A DNA stretch of 40,196 nt from Candidatus Woesearchaeota archaeon (GCA_038850615.1 JAWCLR010000001.1:93053-133248), one strand, 5' to 3'. Positions 9,561 to 18,774 are shown, counted from the stretch's first letter. The notes: a model not told the origin generated them from the letters alone. Numbers and translations are program-made.

Positions 9561-10523
9561 ATGGCTGAAGAAAGTTCTGTAATCTGGACAGAGAAATATC
9601 GCCCCAAATCATTTGCAGAGGTCAAGGGCCAGGATGCAGTGGTAAGCAAGATAAAGTCCTTTGTTGAGCAGAAGAACATTCCACACTTGCTTTTTGCAGG
9701 ACCGCCGGGAGTTGGAAAGAGCACTTTGGCATTAGTTACTGCAAGGGAATTGTTCGGTGAAAACTGGCGACAGAACTTTCTTGAGCTTAATGCTTCTGAT
9801 GAACGAGGCATTGATGTTGTCAGGGTCAAGGTGAAGGACTTTGCAAGGACAAAGGCAATTGGCAATGTTCCCTTCAAGATCATCTTTCTGGACGAGTAAG
9901 ATGCCTTGACAAAGGAAGCCCAGCAAGCCTTAAGGAGAACGATGGAGAATTATACAAGCACTTGCCGTTTCATCCTTGCAGCAAATTATTCAAGCAAAAT
10001 TATTGATCCAATCCAGAGCCGTTGTGCTGTTTTCCGCTTCAAGCCATTGCCACAGGAGGAGATTTTTTGGATTATTGACAGGATTGCAAAACAGGAGGGG
10101 TTAAAGCTCAGTGCAGAAGCCAAAAAGGCATTGTATGAAGTTTCTGAGGGCGACTGCAGGCGCTTGGAAAACATCCTGCAAAGCTGTGCTGCAATTCAGG
10201 AAACTGTGACTCCTGAGCTTGTGTTTTCAATGGCTTCGATGGCTCAGCCAAAGGAGGTTGCAATGCTCCTAAAAACCGCACTGGATGGCGATTTTGTAAA
10301 GGCAAGGAATGTCTTGCTTGACACTATGCTCAAGTATGGTCTTTCAGGGCTGGACATAATTCGCCAGATTCAGAAAGAGGTCTGGAATCTTGACCTTGGC
10401 AACAGGGAAAAAGTGCGTTTGATTGACAAGTGTGGCGAGATAGAGTTCAGGATGGTAGAAGGTGCTGATGAATTCATTCAGTTGGAAGCCTTGCTTGCTT
10501 ATGTTTCTGCTGTGAAGAATTAA
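9561..10523 (+). CDS. rfcS: Replication factor C small subunit with in-frame TAA at 9897-9899
   Basis: [49 protein letters not shown]; both ORF halves are in one frame. Confidence 0.95.
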
Positions 10524-10880
10524 ATTGGATTCAGAATGTCGTTAATTAAATCGTCAAGTTTTCTTGACGGCTTTTGAGCACCGCAAAGTTTCCTGTTTTG
10601 AGCGTCCCAAATTTTTCGTGCTTTTTCTCTTGCTGAGGTGCCTTATGTTTACTGAAGCGTATTGTTTCAGAAGATGGTTTACGAGGCGGTAAAAATCCTT
10701 TTCATTTTTGGCACGGGCGCTTGAAATGTATTGTAAGTTATGCAGTATGCCTTCTTGCCAATTTCAACAAGCCATTTTTCATATTGGGGTTTGCGCCCAA
10801 TCAAAATGCTTGGGGGTCTGCAATTCTTGTTTTGGCAGTTAGAAAATAATGCTTGTTGTTCGTATTCAGTCAGTTTCTTC
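10520..10880 (-). pseudogene. Probable small (~115 aa) gene broken by at least two frameshifts
   Basis: Three protein-like segments in different frames (KKLTEYEQQALF..., YISSARAKNEKDFYRLVNHLLKQY..., ARKIWDAQNRK...[11 protein letters not shown]). The last stop overlaps the rfcS stop (TTAA). Confidence 0.4.
10552..10575 (+). terminator. Hairpin CGTCAAG-TTTT-CTTGACG followed by a short T run downstream of rfcS
   Basis: Perfect 7-bp inverted repeat between convergent genes. Confidence 0.3.
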
Positions 10881-11810
10881 CCCAGAACTCTTGACTGTCA
10901 ATTCTGTCTGCTTGTATTCTTCGTAGTCGTATATTGCTTCTATGCTTATCTGCTGTTCAAAGTCTGCCCTTGTGGTTATTGTTTGTGTACACGTGATTGT
11001 TTTTTTGCCTTCGTAAAGCGTTGCGAAGCCTTCAGCCTTTGTTCCTGCTGTGGTCAGCCCTGTGCACTGAAGTCCTGGCATTCCGGTGTCAACAATCACG
11101 TAAACCCTGTTTTCCTTTGCCCTTGTGCTTTTGTCGCAGAACGAACCCCGCTCATACATCTGCCCTGCGCCCTTGTTTGAGATTTCAAAGCTGAAGCTTA
11201 TCTTGTCCTTTCCACGTGCAGTTTCCTTTACGTTGCTCACCTGCACGGGTGCTCCTGAGTTCTTGGTTTCCTTGTCTTCATTGATTTCACATATTCCTTC
11301 AGGTTCTGGCGCCAAAAGGTTTTCGCGCACGCAAAGCTTGCTTACTGCCTTTGTAGAATACGTGTAACAGACGTCTGCACGCAACGGAAATGTAACCTGT
11401 GCTCCTGCTATTGGTGAGAAGTGGTTTAGCCCTATGAACTCAACAGTCGCCTGACCGCCCGCAATCACATTTCCTGTAGCGTCCTTCCGCACTGCGTAAA
11501 GCTCTTCTGCCGGGCTATTAATAAGGTCTTCCTCAAGTTTGCCGAATTCCGCGGGATTGATTCCTGAGAGCTTTACGCGCACGCGCTCCGGCTTCACTGT
11601 TGCTTCGCCCTTGTTTTCCAGCTTTATTATTACATCAAAAGGGTCCCTTCCACCGTCAAATACCACGCTGCGGAAATCAATGAATTCCGCAGAGAGCCCT
11701 GCCGTGCCTCCTGCAAATGGTGCACCAAGGTCAATTTTTTCTGCTTTCTTACCCGGCGCGCAGGCAGTAACAAAGGCGATCAGAATAACAACTGCAATTA
11801 TCTTTCGCAT
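10866..11810 (-). CDS. Uncharacterised lipoprotein, paralogue A of a Cys-patterned beta-rich family
   Basis: MRKIIAVVILIAFVTAC lipobox-like signal; motifs ADVCYTY..LCV..IC, SGAPVQV, ISNKGAG, C-terminal IYDY. Confidence 0.85.
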   Translation of the reverse strand: MRKIIAVVILIAFVTACAPGKKAEKIDLGAPFAGGTAGLSAEFIDFRSVVFDGGRDPFDVIIKLENKGEATVKPERVRVKLSGINPAEFGKLEEDLINSPAEELYAVRKDATGNVIAGGQATVEFIGLNHFSPIAGAQVTFPLRADVCYTYSTKAVSKLCVRENLLAPEPEGICEINEDKETKNSGAPVQVSNVKETARGKDKISFSFEISNKGAGQMYERGSFCDKSTRAKENRVYVIVDTGMPGLQCTGLTTAGTKAEGFATLYEGKKTITCTQTITTRADFEQQISIEAIYDYEEYKQTELTVKSSGEETD

Positions 11811-11832
11811 ATATCTTTGCCGAGAATAATTG

Positions 11833-11848
11833 TTATATAAACCTTTCG
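11833..11848 (-). promoter_or_regulatory. BRE+TATA (CGAAAGGTTTATATAA), leaderless promoter of paralogue A
   Basis: Consensus archaeal promoter ~24 nt upstream of ATG 11810. Confidence 0.7.
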
Positions 11849-11853
11849 CCGAC

Positions 11854-12783
11854 TTAAGTGATTGGCAGTATTTCCACATCTTGGAACAATGAGTTCCTGT
11901 AGCCGTACCTAAGCACAATCGTCATCGGGCTTACGTATGCCGCTTCCCCCCTTGGCCTGTCAAACTCGCAATACACAAGCCCGTGGTTGTTTGTCAGCCT
12001 AATGTGACCTCTATCAAGAGGTCTGCAGCTTCCTTTGATGGAGACGCCGCTGACAATCACGTCGGCAAGCTCTACGTAGTCAATCTCATCAAAGTCCAGT
12101 TTGGAGCCGGGTGCGCACTTGTTGAGTGTCTGTCCTCCTGAGCGGAAGACCTCTCCCCCTCCAACGTTCTGAACGTGAATCTTGAATCTTGTCTTGCCAG
12201 GGCTTGCGTCAACCTCAATAAGTGTGACTGCCACTGGCGCTCCCTGGCCTCCCCCAAGTCCAACATTCTGGGGCACGCACACCCGTTGCCTTATTCCCGG
12301 CGCGTAAGGGTCTGGGTCTATGCACACGTTTGCAGAGGCAATAGTCTCATAACCGTAGCATGCCGTTGCCAGCAACCGCACAGGATACCTGTCTCTAAGC
12401 ACCTTTGTCATTCCCCTGAACGTGACGGTGTCAAACCCCCCTTGCGTTATGAACTGGCTTCTGCCCTCAAGAACAGGTATTTGTTCTCCTGCAGGTGATA
12501 TGCCGCTGATTATGCTGGGGTCAAATCCTGAAAGGTATATCCTGTCCCCCGGTCCGCCAATGGTGTATGTGCCGCGGTTCTCAAGCTCAAGCGCAACTGT
12601 TAGCTCTTCACCTGAAAACAAGTGTGGTGGAGGTAGGTTTTGTGCAAACCTCATGTAAAGCCCTTGGCTTCCCTGCCTGAATTCTTGGGCGAATGCTGCA
12701 GATGTTTTTTCCTGTACTGCAGGCGTCTTGCAGCCCGCAAGAACAAGGAATAAGATCATGCCGAAGAGAACTGCCTTTTGCAT
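11854..12783 (-). CDS. Uncharacterised lipoprotein, paralogue B
   Basis: MQKAVLFGMILFLVLAGC lipobox; ATACYGY..VCID..VC, QGAPVAV, VQNVGGG, LRYGY. Start 12783 chosen from TATA spacing (alternative 12792). Confidence 0.85.
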   Translation of the reverse strand: MQKAVLFGMILFLVLAGCKTPAVQEKTSAAFAQEFRQGSQGLYMRFAQNLPPPHLFSGEELTVALELENRGTYTIGGPGDRIYLSGFDPSIISGISPAGEQIPVLEGRSQFITQGGFDTVTFRGMTKVLRDRYPVRLLATACYGYETIASANVCIDPDPYAPGIRQRVCVPQNVGLGGGQGAPVAVTLIEVDASPGKTRFKIHVQNVGGGEVFRSGGQTLNKCAPGSKLDFDEIDYVELADVIVSGVSIKGSCRPLDRGHIRLTNNHGLVYCEFDRPRGEAAYVSPMTIVLRYGYRNSLFQDVEILPIT

Positions 12784-12805
12784 ATGCCTCATCCGTTTTT
12801 TTGAA

Positions 12806-12822
12806 TTATATAAATGTTTGGT
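12806..12822 (-). promoter_or_regulatory. BRE+TATA (CCAAACATTTATATAA), promoter of paralogue B
   Basis: TTTATATA ~24 nt upstream of ATG 12783. Confidence 0.65.
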
Positions 12823-12824
12823 CG

Positions 12825-13745
12825 CTATGGCTTTATTATTTTTGTTTGTGTTCCAATGCTTGAAATGTATCCATATCCGAGTGTTATGGTGAGTGGCGCT
12901 GTGTAACTGCCAAGCCTTGAATCAATGCCTTCAGGGATTGTGCAGACAACCTTTGTTTCACCCTGTTGCTTTATTTTCACTAGTGTGGGCGCGCAGGTGA
13001 GGGGTGTGTCAGAAAGCATTGCCTCGACAGTCACAACATTCCATGCTTCTGGACCCAAGGCCCTGCCTGAACACGCTTCACGATAAAGCTCTTGTGCAAC
13101 AATCTCTCCTCGTCCAAGGTTTTTGATTGTGAGCACGAATTCAGGCCTGACTCTGTTTTCCTGCTTATGCGGAAGCATTTTTGTCTCAACTGTTGCTACT
13201 GCAACAGGCGCACCCTGACCCTGCGGAAATGCCTGCGGTGTAGGAACGCACACTTTTCCTGACGCCTTGCCTGTCAGGTCTGTATCAATACATGCTGTTA
13301 TTAATGCATTTGTCTTGTAGGGATAGCACGCTGTGAATGTAATTGTTGCAGGATAGCCTTGAAGCTGGGGCCCGAGGGGCTTTGTATCAAAATTGAATTT
13401 GAGAAGCCTTTCCTCTCCTTGCGGATTGAATATTGACTTTCCGCGGACATTGAACCTTCCTTGTGCCTGTTGTCTTGGTAGGTAGAGGTATTGTGGTTCA
13501 TAGCTCAGCGCGTAAATTCCTTCCTCAACATCTGTTGTTCCGAGGTTTGCGAGGTTTACGAGGAGCGCAAACTGGTTTCCTTCATATACTTCATGGGGTG
13601 GCGTGTTTTGCGCAAAAAACAATTCAACACCTTGTGTTCCGATGTTTACTTCTGGTATTTGCATTACGTCTTTCCGCTGAAAAAGTCCGTACTGGCATCC
13701 TGAAAGCACAAGTACGAGGGCTGCAAAAACCAGGATTTTTTTCAT
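12825..13745 (-). CDS. Uncharacterised lipoprotein, paralogue C
   Basis: MKKILVFAALVLVLSGC lipobox; FTACYPY..ACID..VC, QGAPVAV, IKNLGRG, LGYGY. Confidence 0.87.
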   Translation of the reverse strand: MKKILVFAALVLVLSGCQYGLFQRKDVMQIPEVNIGTQGVELFFAQNTPPHEVYEGNQFALLVNLANLGTTDVEEGIYALSYEPQYLYLPRQQAQGRFNVRGKSIFNPQGEERLLKFNFDTKPLGPQLQGYPATITFTACYPYKTNALITACIDTDLTGKASGKVCVPTPQAFPQGQGAPVAVATVETKMLPHKQENRVRPEFVLTIKNLGRGEIVAQELYREACSGRALGPEAWNVVTVEAMLSDTPLTCAPTLVKIKQQGETKVVCTIPEGIDSRLGSYTAPLTITLGYGYISSIGTQTKIIKP

Positions 13746-15226
13746 ACCTTCGTCTCCCGCACGTCAGTAATCACTGTGCGCTCAAGCAGGTACTTGTATT
13801 GCGCGCTGACCTTGAAGTTCTGTACCGCGACAGGCGCTTTTCCAAGTACCTGATCAGGGTTCGTGACTTCAAGCGGTATTCTGAAGTTTCTTGTTGCGCC
13901 GGGATATAGAGAATAAACATTCACAAGGCTGTCGTCGCATGCAGGCTGCTCCTCCTTCGGGATTGCTGCGCACGATGTCTGCTTGATGTCAATGCCCTCT
14001 ATTCGCGATATCTTGATTCCTTTTGGCACGAAGAAGTATAGCATTGAGAGTTCCTCAAGCTGGCCGTCCCACAGGTTTTCTACAGTGATCCCCCATGTTT
14101 GGAGCGCTTCCCCTGCCGCACCTATTCCGATTGGTTGTTGCCCAAGACTCATGCCTATGCGCACAGGTCCTGATGTGTATATTGTTACAGGTGTTTTGTC
14201 AGGGATGTTTGCGAGCGGGTCAATATTCTGCTTTCTGTATTCTCTCAGTCTGTCCCTGTCCATTATGTACGCCTTAATGTATGCTCTTGTCGTGAACTCA
14301 AATTCTGCCTTTATCCTGAGCTTATGCAGTCCTTTCTTTAGGACTCCTTTGTTCCAGACGCAGTCAATCTCGTGCTGTTCTGCAGTGATGATGTTGAATG
14401 TATTCTTTGGCCTTAATATGTTTGCAGGGATTGTGCCGTCTGCATCGCAGGCAACAGAAATGTCAAGTGGCTTGTCAAGGGTTTCTGCCTTCAGGGTTGC
14501 GTAAGCGCTAACAGGCGAGTTGTCATAAAAAAATGGTTCTGTCGGCCTGAAGTTTTCTATGTAAACTCCCAGCTGTTTTTTTGCTGCAGAATCAACCTGT
14601 CCTGTGTAATAATCGCCTTTTGCCGCCCTTATTGCTGTTTCGACCTCTGTTGCAACGAATTTTCCTGCTTCCTTTCCTCTTGTGTACATGTTCATTATTG
14701 CCCTTTTTGTCCAGCTTATGATTGCCTCGTAACTAAGCATTGGGTTGAAGCCGAGCTCAATGTTTTGTTCCTTTGCATAATTCACGAGGTTGCCGTATGT
14801 TACTGCCCAGAAGACAAGCCCAAATGTCCAGATTATGAAGTATATTGCGATTGTTTTTGAGGCAACCCCTCTGGTGAGGAAATAAAATATGAACAGCGGA
14901 AAATAAATTACTGCCATGGTTATTGCCTCAAGCACAACAGCTTGCTTCATGTATTTCGCAACAAGCCCGAGAAAGATTGGCACAAGCCACATTGCCAAAA
15001 ACCACAAGGTGAACTTCCAGTCTTTTTCCTTCATTATTCCTTTTGCGACCAGTGCCAAAAACGCGTAAACGCCGAACGTCACTGCCAGTATTGTGTATGA
15101 CACTAGCGCCTGGCGCCTTATGACAAGCAGGTCAAAGACGTGCCAGATTACTAGTAAAAATGCAAGGATAAAGACGCCCCAACCACTTGGTCTGTCTGCA
15201 CCCGGAATGGCTTCCGCCATTGTCAC
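13742..15226 (-). CDS. Membrane protein: ~5 N-terminal TM helices plus a divergent copy of the same extracellular family (paralogue D)
   Basis: Hydrophobic first ~145 aa, then LGVYI, AEFEFTTRAYI, SGPVRI, VENLWDG, AQYKY. Overlaps both neighbours by 4 nt. Start GTG 15226 or ATG 15220. Confidence 0.8.
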   Translation of the reverse strand: MTMAEAIPGADRPSGWGVFILAFLLVIWHVFDLLVIRRQALVSYTILAVTFGVYAFLALVAKGIMKEKDWKFTLWFLAMWLVPIFLGLVAKYMKQAVVLEAITMAVIYFPLFIFYFLTRGVASKTIAIYFIIWTFGLVFWAVTYGNLVNYAKEQNIELGFNPMLSYEAIISWTKRAIMNMYTRGKEAGKFVATEVETAIRAAKGDYYTGQVDSAAKKQLGVYIENFRPTEPFFYDNSPVSAYATLKAETLDKPLDISVACDADGTIPANILRPKNTFNIITAEQHEIDCVWNKGVLKKGLHKLRIKAEFEFTTRAYIKAYIMDRDRLREYRKQNIDPLANIPDKTPVTIYTSGPVRIGMSLGQQPIGIGAAGEALQTWGITVENLWDGQLEELSMLYFFVPKGIKISRIEGIDIKQTSCAAIPKEEQPACDDSLVNVYSLYPGATRNFRIPLEVTNPDQVLGKAPVAVQNFKVSAQYKYLLERTVITDVRETKV

Positions 15227-16392
15227 TCCACCCGCACTGTCAGGCTGATGACATTAAGGTCAGTCAGTGGCATTAGCCCGATGTAATTATTGCCATCCCT
15301 GACAACTGCAGAAATGTCGCGGACATACATAGGGTCGCGCTGGGAGAGCACGTCCAGCCTTCCGTTGACGTTTGTTTCTGCCTCCTTGAGCCTTCCATCA
15401 TCAACAAATTCAATCTCAAGGATTGCGTGTGCTTTTCCCGTGGCAATTGCTGTGAAAATGTCAGGCTCTATGTAGAAAAAGTCAGAGTATCCTTTTGTAG
15501 GCTTTACGAATGTTTTTATTTTTATGTTTTCTATGCGTGCCATTCCCGAACGTAGCCTGAAGCCAATTGTGTTCTTGCCCGATACAAAGTCCTCTTTGAA
15601 CAAATCTTGTCGCGCAGGGCTTTCGCATACAGGCACTGCTGAATAAATCAGCTTGTTGTTGAGCGTTATGTCAAGCACGCCGACGTTGTACTTGTCGCAT
15701 ATTGGGTAGTACTCGAGGTATGCTGACTCAATGTTCTGGTATTCAATGTCAGGGATGCCGAATGAATTTGCAGCAATCTGCTTTTTCACATCAGTTATTT
15801 CGCCAATTATTTTTATGTCAGCGAGCTGATACTGGCGCGAGAATATTAGTCCAAAGCCCCATACTTGGAATTCAACAGCGTTGTTTGCTCGTAGCAGACT
15901 CTTTGGTATTGGCACTGGTGGCGGGTTGTTTACGATTACGTTTCCCTCAAATACTTGTTGGCCGTTGACAAGGATTTTCAGTCTTCCTCTGCGGACTGGC
16001 GCTTGGAAGCTTAGCAAAACATTGTCAACTGTTTCAAGGTCAGGTAAGTAGAAGCTGATGTTTTTGAACCGCTTCCTGAACCAGCCTTTCTTGATCACGA
16101 AAGGGCTTGCTTCCGCAAGGACTTTTGCCTGGCGTTCCTCTGTCAGGAGTAGGTTTGGTATCAGGTGCGCGTATTCTGTCTGTTCCACATAAGTAAGTCT
16201 TCCCGGAGCCGCTTTGAAAATAACTTCGCCGCCTGGCGCAATTACCCTTGGCGGTAAAACACCCTCTTCCTCCATCAAGAGCTCCCTGCGCTCCTCTGGT
16301 GGAAGGAAGATTATGTAAAATATTATCAAGAGGGTTATCAACCCTATAAGTGTCGCAGCTGCGCTGCCTGTTGCCTGACCTCGTTTCTTCAA
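15223..16392 (-). CDS. Class III signal peptide (prepilin-like) beta-rich protein
   Basis: MKKRG/QATGSAAATLIGLITLLIIFYIIFL from TTG 16392 preceded by AGGTGA SD; TATA TTTATATA at ~16431-16438. Confidence 0.8.
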   Translation of the reverse strand: MKKRGQATGSAAATLIGLITLLIIFYIIFLPPEERRELLMEEEGVLPPRVIAPGGEVIFKAAPGRLTYVEQTEYAHLIPNLLLTEERQAKVLAEASPFVIKKGWFRKRFKNISFYLPDLETVDNVLLSFQAPVRRGRLKILVNGQQVFEGNVIVNNPPPVPIPKSLLRANNAVEFQVWGFGLIFSRQYQLADIKIIGEITDVKKQIAANSFGIPDIEYQNIESAYLEYYPICDKYNVGVLDITLNNKLIYSAVPVCESPARQDLFKEDFVSGKNTIGFRLRSGMARIENIKIKTFVKPTKGYSDFFYIEPDIFTAIATGKAHAILEIEFVDDGRLKEAETNVNGRLDVLSQRDPMYVRDISAVVRDGNNYIGLMPLTDLNVISLTVRVE

Positions 16393-16509
16393 AACCGTCA
16401 CCTTCTTTTCGTCCAAAGCGAATTCGTAAATATATAAATGTATTGCCTTGTTTTATCGCAAGCTTTTTAAGCACCCTTCACTACTTATTAGTTAATATTA
16501 GGGGTTTGT

Positions 16510-17022
16510 ATGAAAACGACAACGCTTGGGGCATTCATTGCGGCATTGATTCTTGCTTCATTCAGCGTTTCAGCGCACTTGTATGTTCTAGATTATTATG
16601 ATTATTATGGTAGGCCTTATTATGACGGCTACACAAGCGATTATTTCCGATCAAGCAGTTCTGAAAGTGTGAGCATTCGCGAGTCAGAATACGAGCACTC
16701 GTTGCAGAATTATGGCAGCTGGCGCGGTAGCAGGGTGAGTGACCATTATGATTATGGCCGTTCTCGGGAATTTGCGTTTTCAAGGAGCTCTGAATATGAG
16801 AGTTCAACAAGGACTTACGACGGAGGTTATCCTGTATGGCGTTATTCCTATGGCTACACTGATTATTCTTATCCTTATTATGATGTTGGCACTTATTACG
16901 GGTATGATTACAGGCCGTATAGTGATGATTACGAGTTGAGTTATACAAGCCCGTACTATAATCCTTATAGGTACTCACGGGTGGGTAAGTATGCTTCAAG
17001 GTATCGTCCATATGGGTACTGA
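16510..17022 (+). CDS. Secreted Tyr/Ser/Asp/Arg-rich low-complexity protein
   Basis: Sec signal ending SVSA; about 38 Tyr in 170 aa (hand count). Confidence 0.8.
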   Translation: MKTTTLGAFIAALILASFSVSAHLYVLDYYDYYGRPYYDGYTSDYFRSSSSESVSIRESEYEHSLQNYGSWRGSRVSDHYDYGRSREFAFSRSSEYESSTRTYDGGYPVWRYSYGYTDYSYPYYDVGTYYGYDYRPYSDDYELSYTSPYYNPYRYSRVGKYASRYRPYGY

Positions 17023-17024
17023 TT

Positions 17025-17660
17025 ATGAAAAATCTTTTAGCATTCCTCCTTGTTGCAATTCTTTGCCTTGAATTTGTTTCTGCAAGGATTTTGTATTATG
17101 CTGACGAAGTTGATTACAGAAATAATGTTGCTTATGCACTTCACAACCCTTATGATAATGCTGATCCTGATATTGCTGGCGATTTTGACAGATATGCGTG
17201 CATTTCCCTTGACGACTACAACAAGTTTGCAAACGCGGACAATTATGATTCTTATAAGTCATTGACTGCAAGGACAGCGTCAAGGAATGACCTGAAAAGG
17301 CTTAGAAGGGAAGACCAGCTGAAGATAATCAATGAAGATCCTTATGATGGCCTTGATGAGGCTGACATTGGTGATTACGAAGACTGGAACTGCTACACGC
17401 TGGTATACTATAATTCGCGTGCGAGCCGGAATGCGTATGACAAATGGAGGGTTGTTGACTTCACACACTTTGACGATATTTACGAGGTGCAGAAAATTGG
17501 AAAGTACAGGTACAATAATTTCTACACGCTTCCGGAGGACATTGCAAGATTCGATTTGCAATACACTCGCGCGCCAAAGCCATACTACGAACCGTACGCC
17601 GCAATGCGCACACAATACCCCCTCTATGGTTATGGAATAAGAAGAATTGAGGATTACTGA
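17025..17660 (+). CDS. Secreted Tyr/Asp-rich protein with an internal duplicated motif
   Basis: Signal peptide ending FVSA; NPYDNAD...GDFDRYACISLDDYN...NYD versus DPYDGLD...GDYEDWNCYTLVYYN...AYD. Confidence 0.8.
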   Translation: MKNLLAFLLVAILCLEFVSARILYYADEVDYRNNVAYALHNPYDNADPDIAGDFDRYACISLDDYNKFANADNYDSYKSLTARTASRNDLKRLRREDQLKIINEDPYDGLDEADIGDYEDWNCYTLVYYNSRASRNAYDKWRVVDFTHFDDIYEVQKIGKYRYNNFYTLPEDIARFDLQYTRAPKPYYEPYAAMRTQYPLYGYGIRRIEDY

Positions 17661-17700
17661 TGCTCTACTTTTTTAAATGCCGGTTTGTTCTTGTGCGTTT

Positions 17701-18744
17701 ATGAAACAGCTGGTATTCAAGCTCAAGCAGGGCGAGGCAAAAGTGCTGGTTGAGAATCCAGACGACTTGTGGTTTCTCAACAACATCATTGACAAGGGTG
17801 ACATCATCAAGGGAAAGACCCTCCGCAAGATGAAAGTTACAGAAGAAGCGTCTGCTGAGCGCAAAAGAGTTTTCCTTTCTATTCAGGTTGAAAAAGTCGA
17901 GTACGCTGCCACCGAGCTCCGAGTTTCCGGTAAAGTCACAGAAGGTCCTGAAGATGTTCCGCACGGTAGCTACCACACGTTCTCGATAGAGGTTGGAAGC
18001 ACAATCACGATAATAAAGCCAGAATGGCTGCGCTACCAGCTTGACTACCTAAAAGAAGCCACGACAGCCAAAGCGCCAAAGATTGTTGTTTGCGTTTTTG
18101 ATCGCGAAGAGGCGTTGTTTGCAAAGCTCACAAGGGACGGATACGAGATGCTGACGACAATAAAGGGCAGGGTTGCAAAAAAAGCAGTTCCTGAAAAGGT
18201 CAAGGAAACCTTTTATGGGAGCATAATCGACCAGCTTGAGCAGTACGATAAAAGGTTTGGTCTTGACAAGATAATCCTTGCAAGCCCTTCATTCTGGAAG
18301 GAGGAGCTTTACAAGGTGTTAAGGAACCAGGAGTTGAAGAAAAAAATAATACAGGCAACCTGCTCTGGCGTTGACGAGACAGCAATAGCAGAGGTCCTGA
18401 AGCGCAAGGAGACGCAGGAAGTGCTGAGGCAGGAGCGTGTTAGCAGGGAAATGGCCGTCATTGAGGATTTGTTCAGCAAAATCGCAAAGCAAGGTCCAGC
18501 CACTTACGGCATGAAGGAAACAGCCCTGGCGGCAGAGGCAGGCGCAATAGAACACCTCCTTGTTACAGACAGACTCATTCAGAAGCTCAGGGAGGAGAAC
18601 AAGTTTGCAGAGCTTGATGGCATGATGAAGCAGGTTGATCGCACAAAAGGAAGGGTCTGGATTATTTCAACAGAGCATGAGGGAGGAAAGCGCCTGCAGG
18701 GGCTTGGCGGTATCGGAGCAATATTGAGATACAAAATGTTCTAG
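17701..18744 (+). CDS. pelA: Pelota (ribosome rescue factor)
   Basis: ENPDDLWFL, GKTLRK, LRVSG..GSYHT, EHEGGKRLQGLGGIGAILRY. Confidence 0.95.
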   Translation: MKQLVFKLKQGEAKVLVENPDDLWFLNNIIDKGDIIKGKTLRKMKVTEEASAERKRVFLSIQVEKVEYAATELRVSGKVTEGPEDVPHGSYHTFSIEVGSTITIIKPEWLRYQLDYLKEATTAKAPKIVVCVFDREEALFAKLTRDGYEMLTTIKGRVAKKAVPEKVKETFYGSIIDQLEQYDKRFGLDKIILASPSFWKEELYKVLRNQELKKKIIQATCSGVDETAIAEVLKRKETQEVLRQERVSREMAVIEDLFSKIAKQGPATYGMKETALAAEAGAIEHLLVTDRLIQKLREENKFAELDGMMKQVDRTKGRVWIISTEHEGGKRLQGLGGIGAILRYKMF

Positions 18745-18774
18745 TGCTGTGCTCAAGCTTGTTCTCAAGCACAA

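Noticed and set aside
1122-9899. Genome-wide stop-codon reassignment, or Sec/Pyl, to explain the three in-frame stops
   Set aside because: TAA, TGA and TAG all end genes at conserved C-termini here (pan TAA, fen TGA, pelota TAG), and the two internal TAAs would need different residues.
9897-9906. Intein, intron or naturally split rfcS
   Set aside because: No inserted sequence; the halves are contiguous and in frame apart from one codon.
10573-10615. Short direct repeat TTTTGAGC...CAAA x2
   Set aside because: Only two degenerate copies; fits a coding-level repeat (AQ) in the broken gene.
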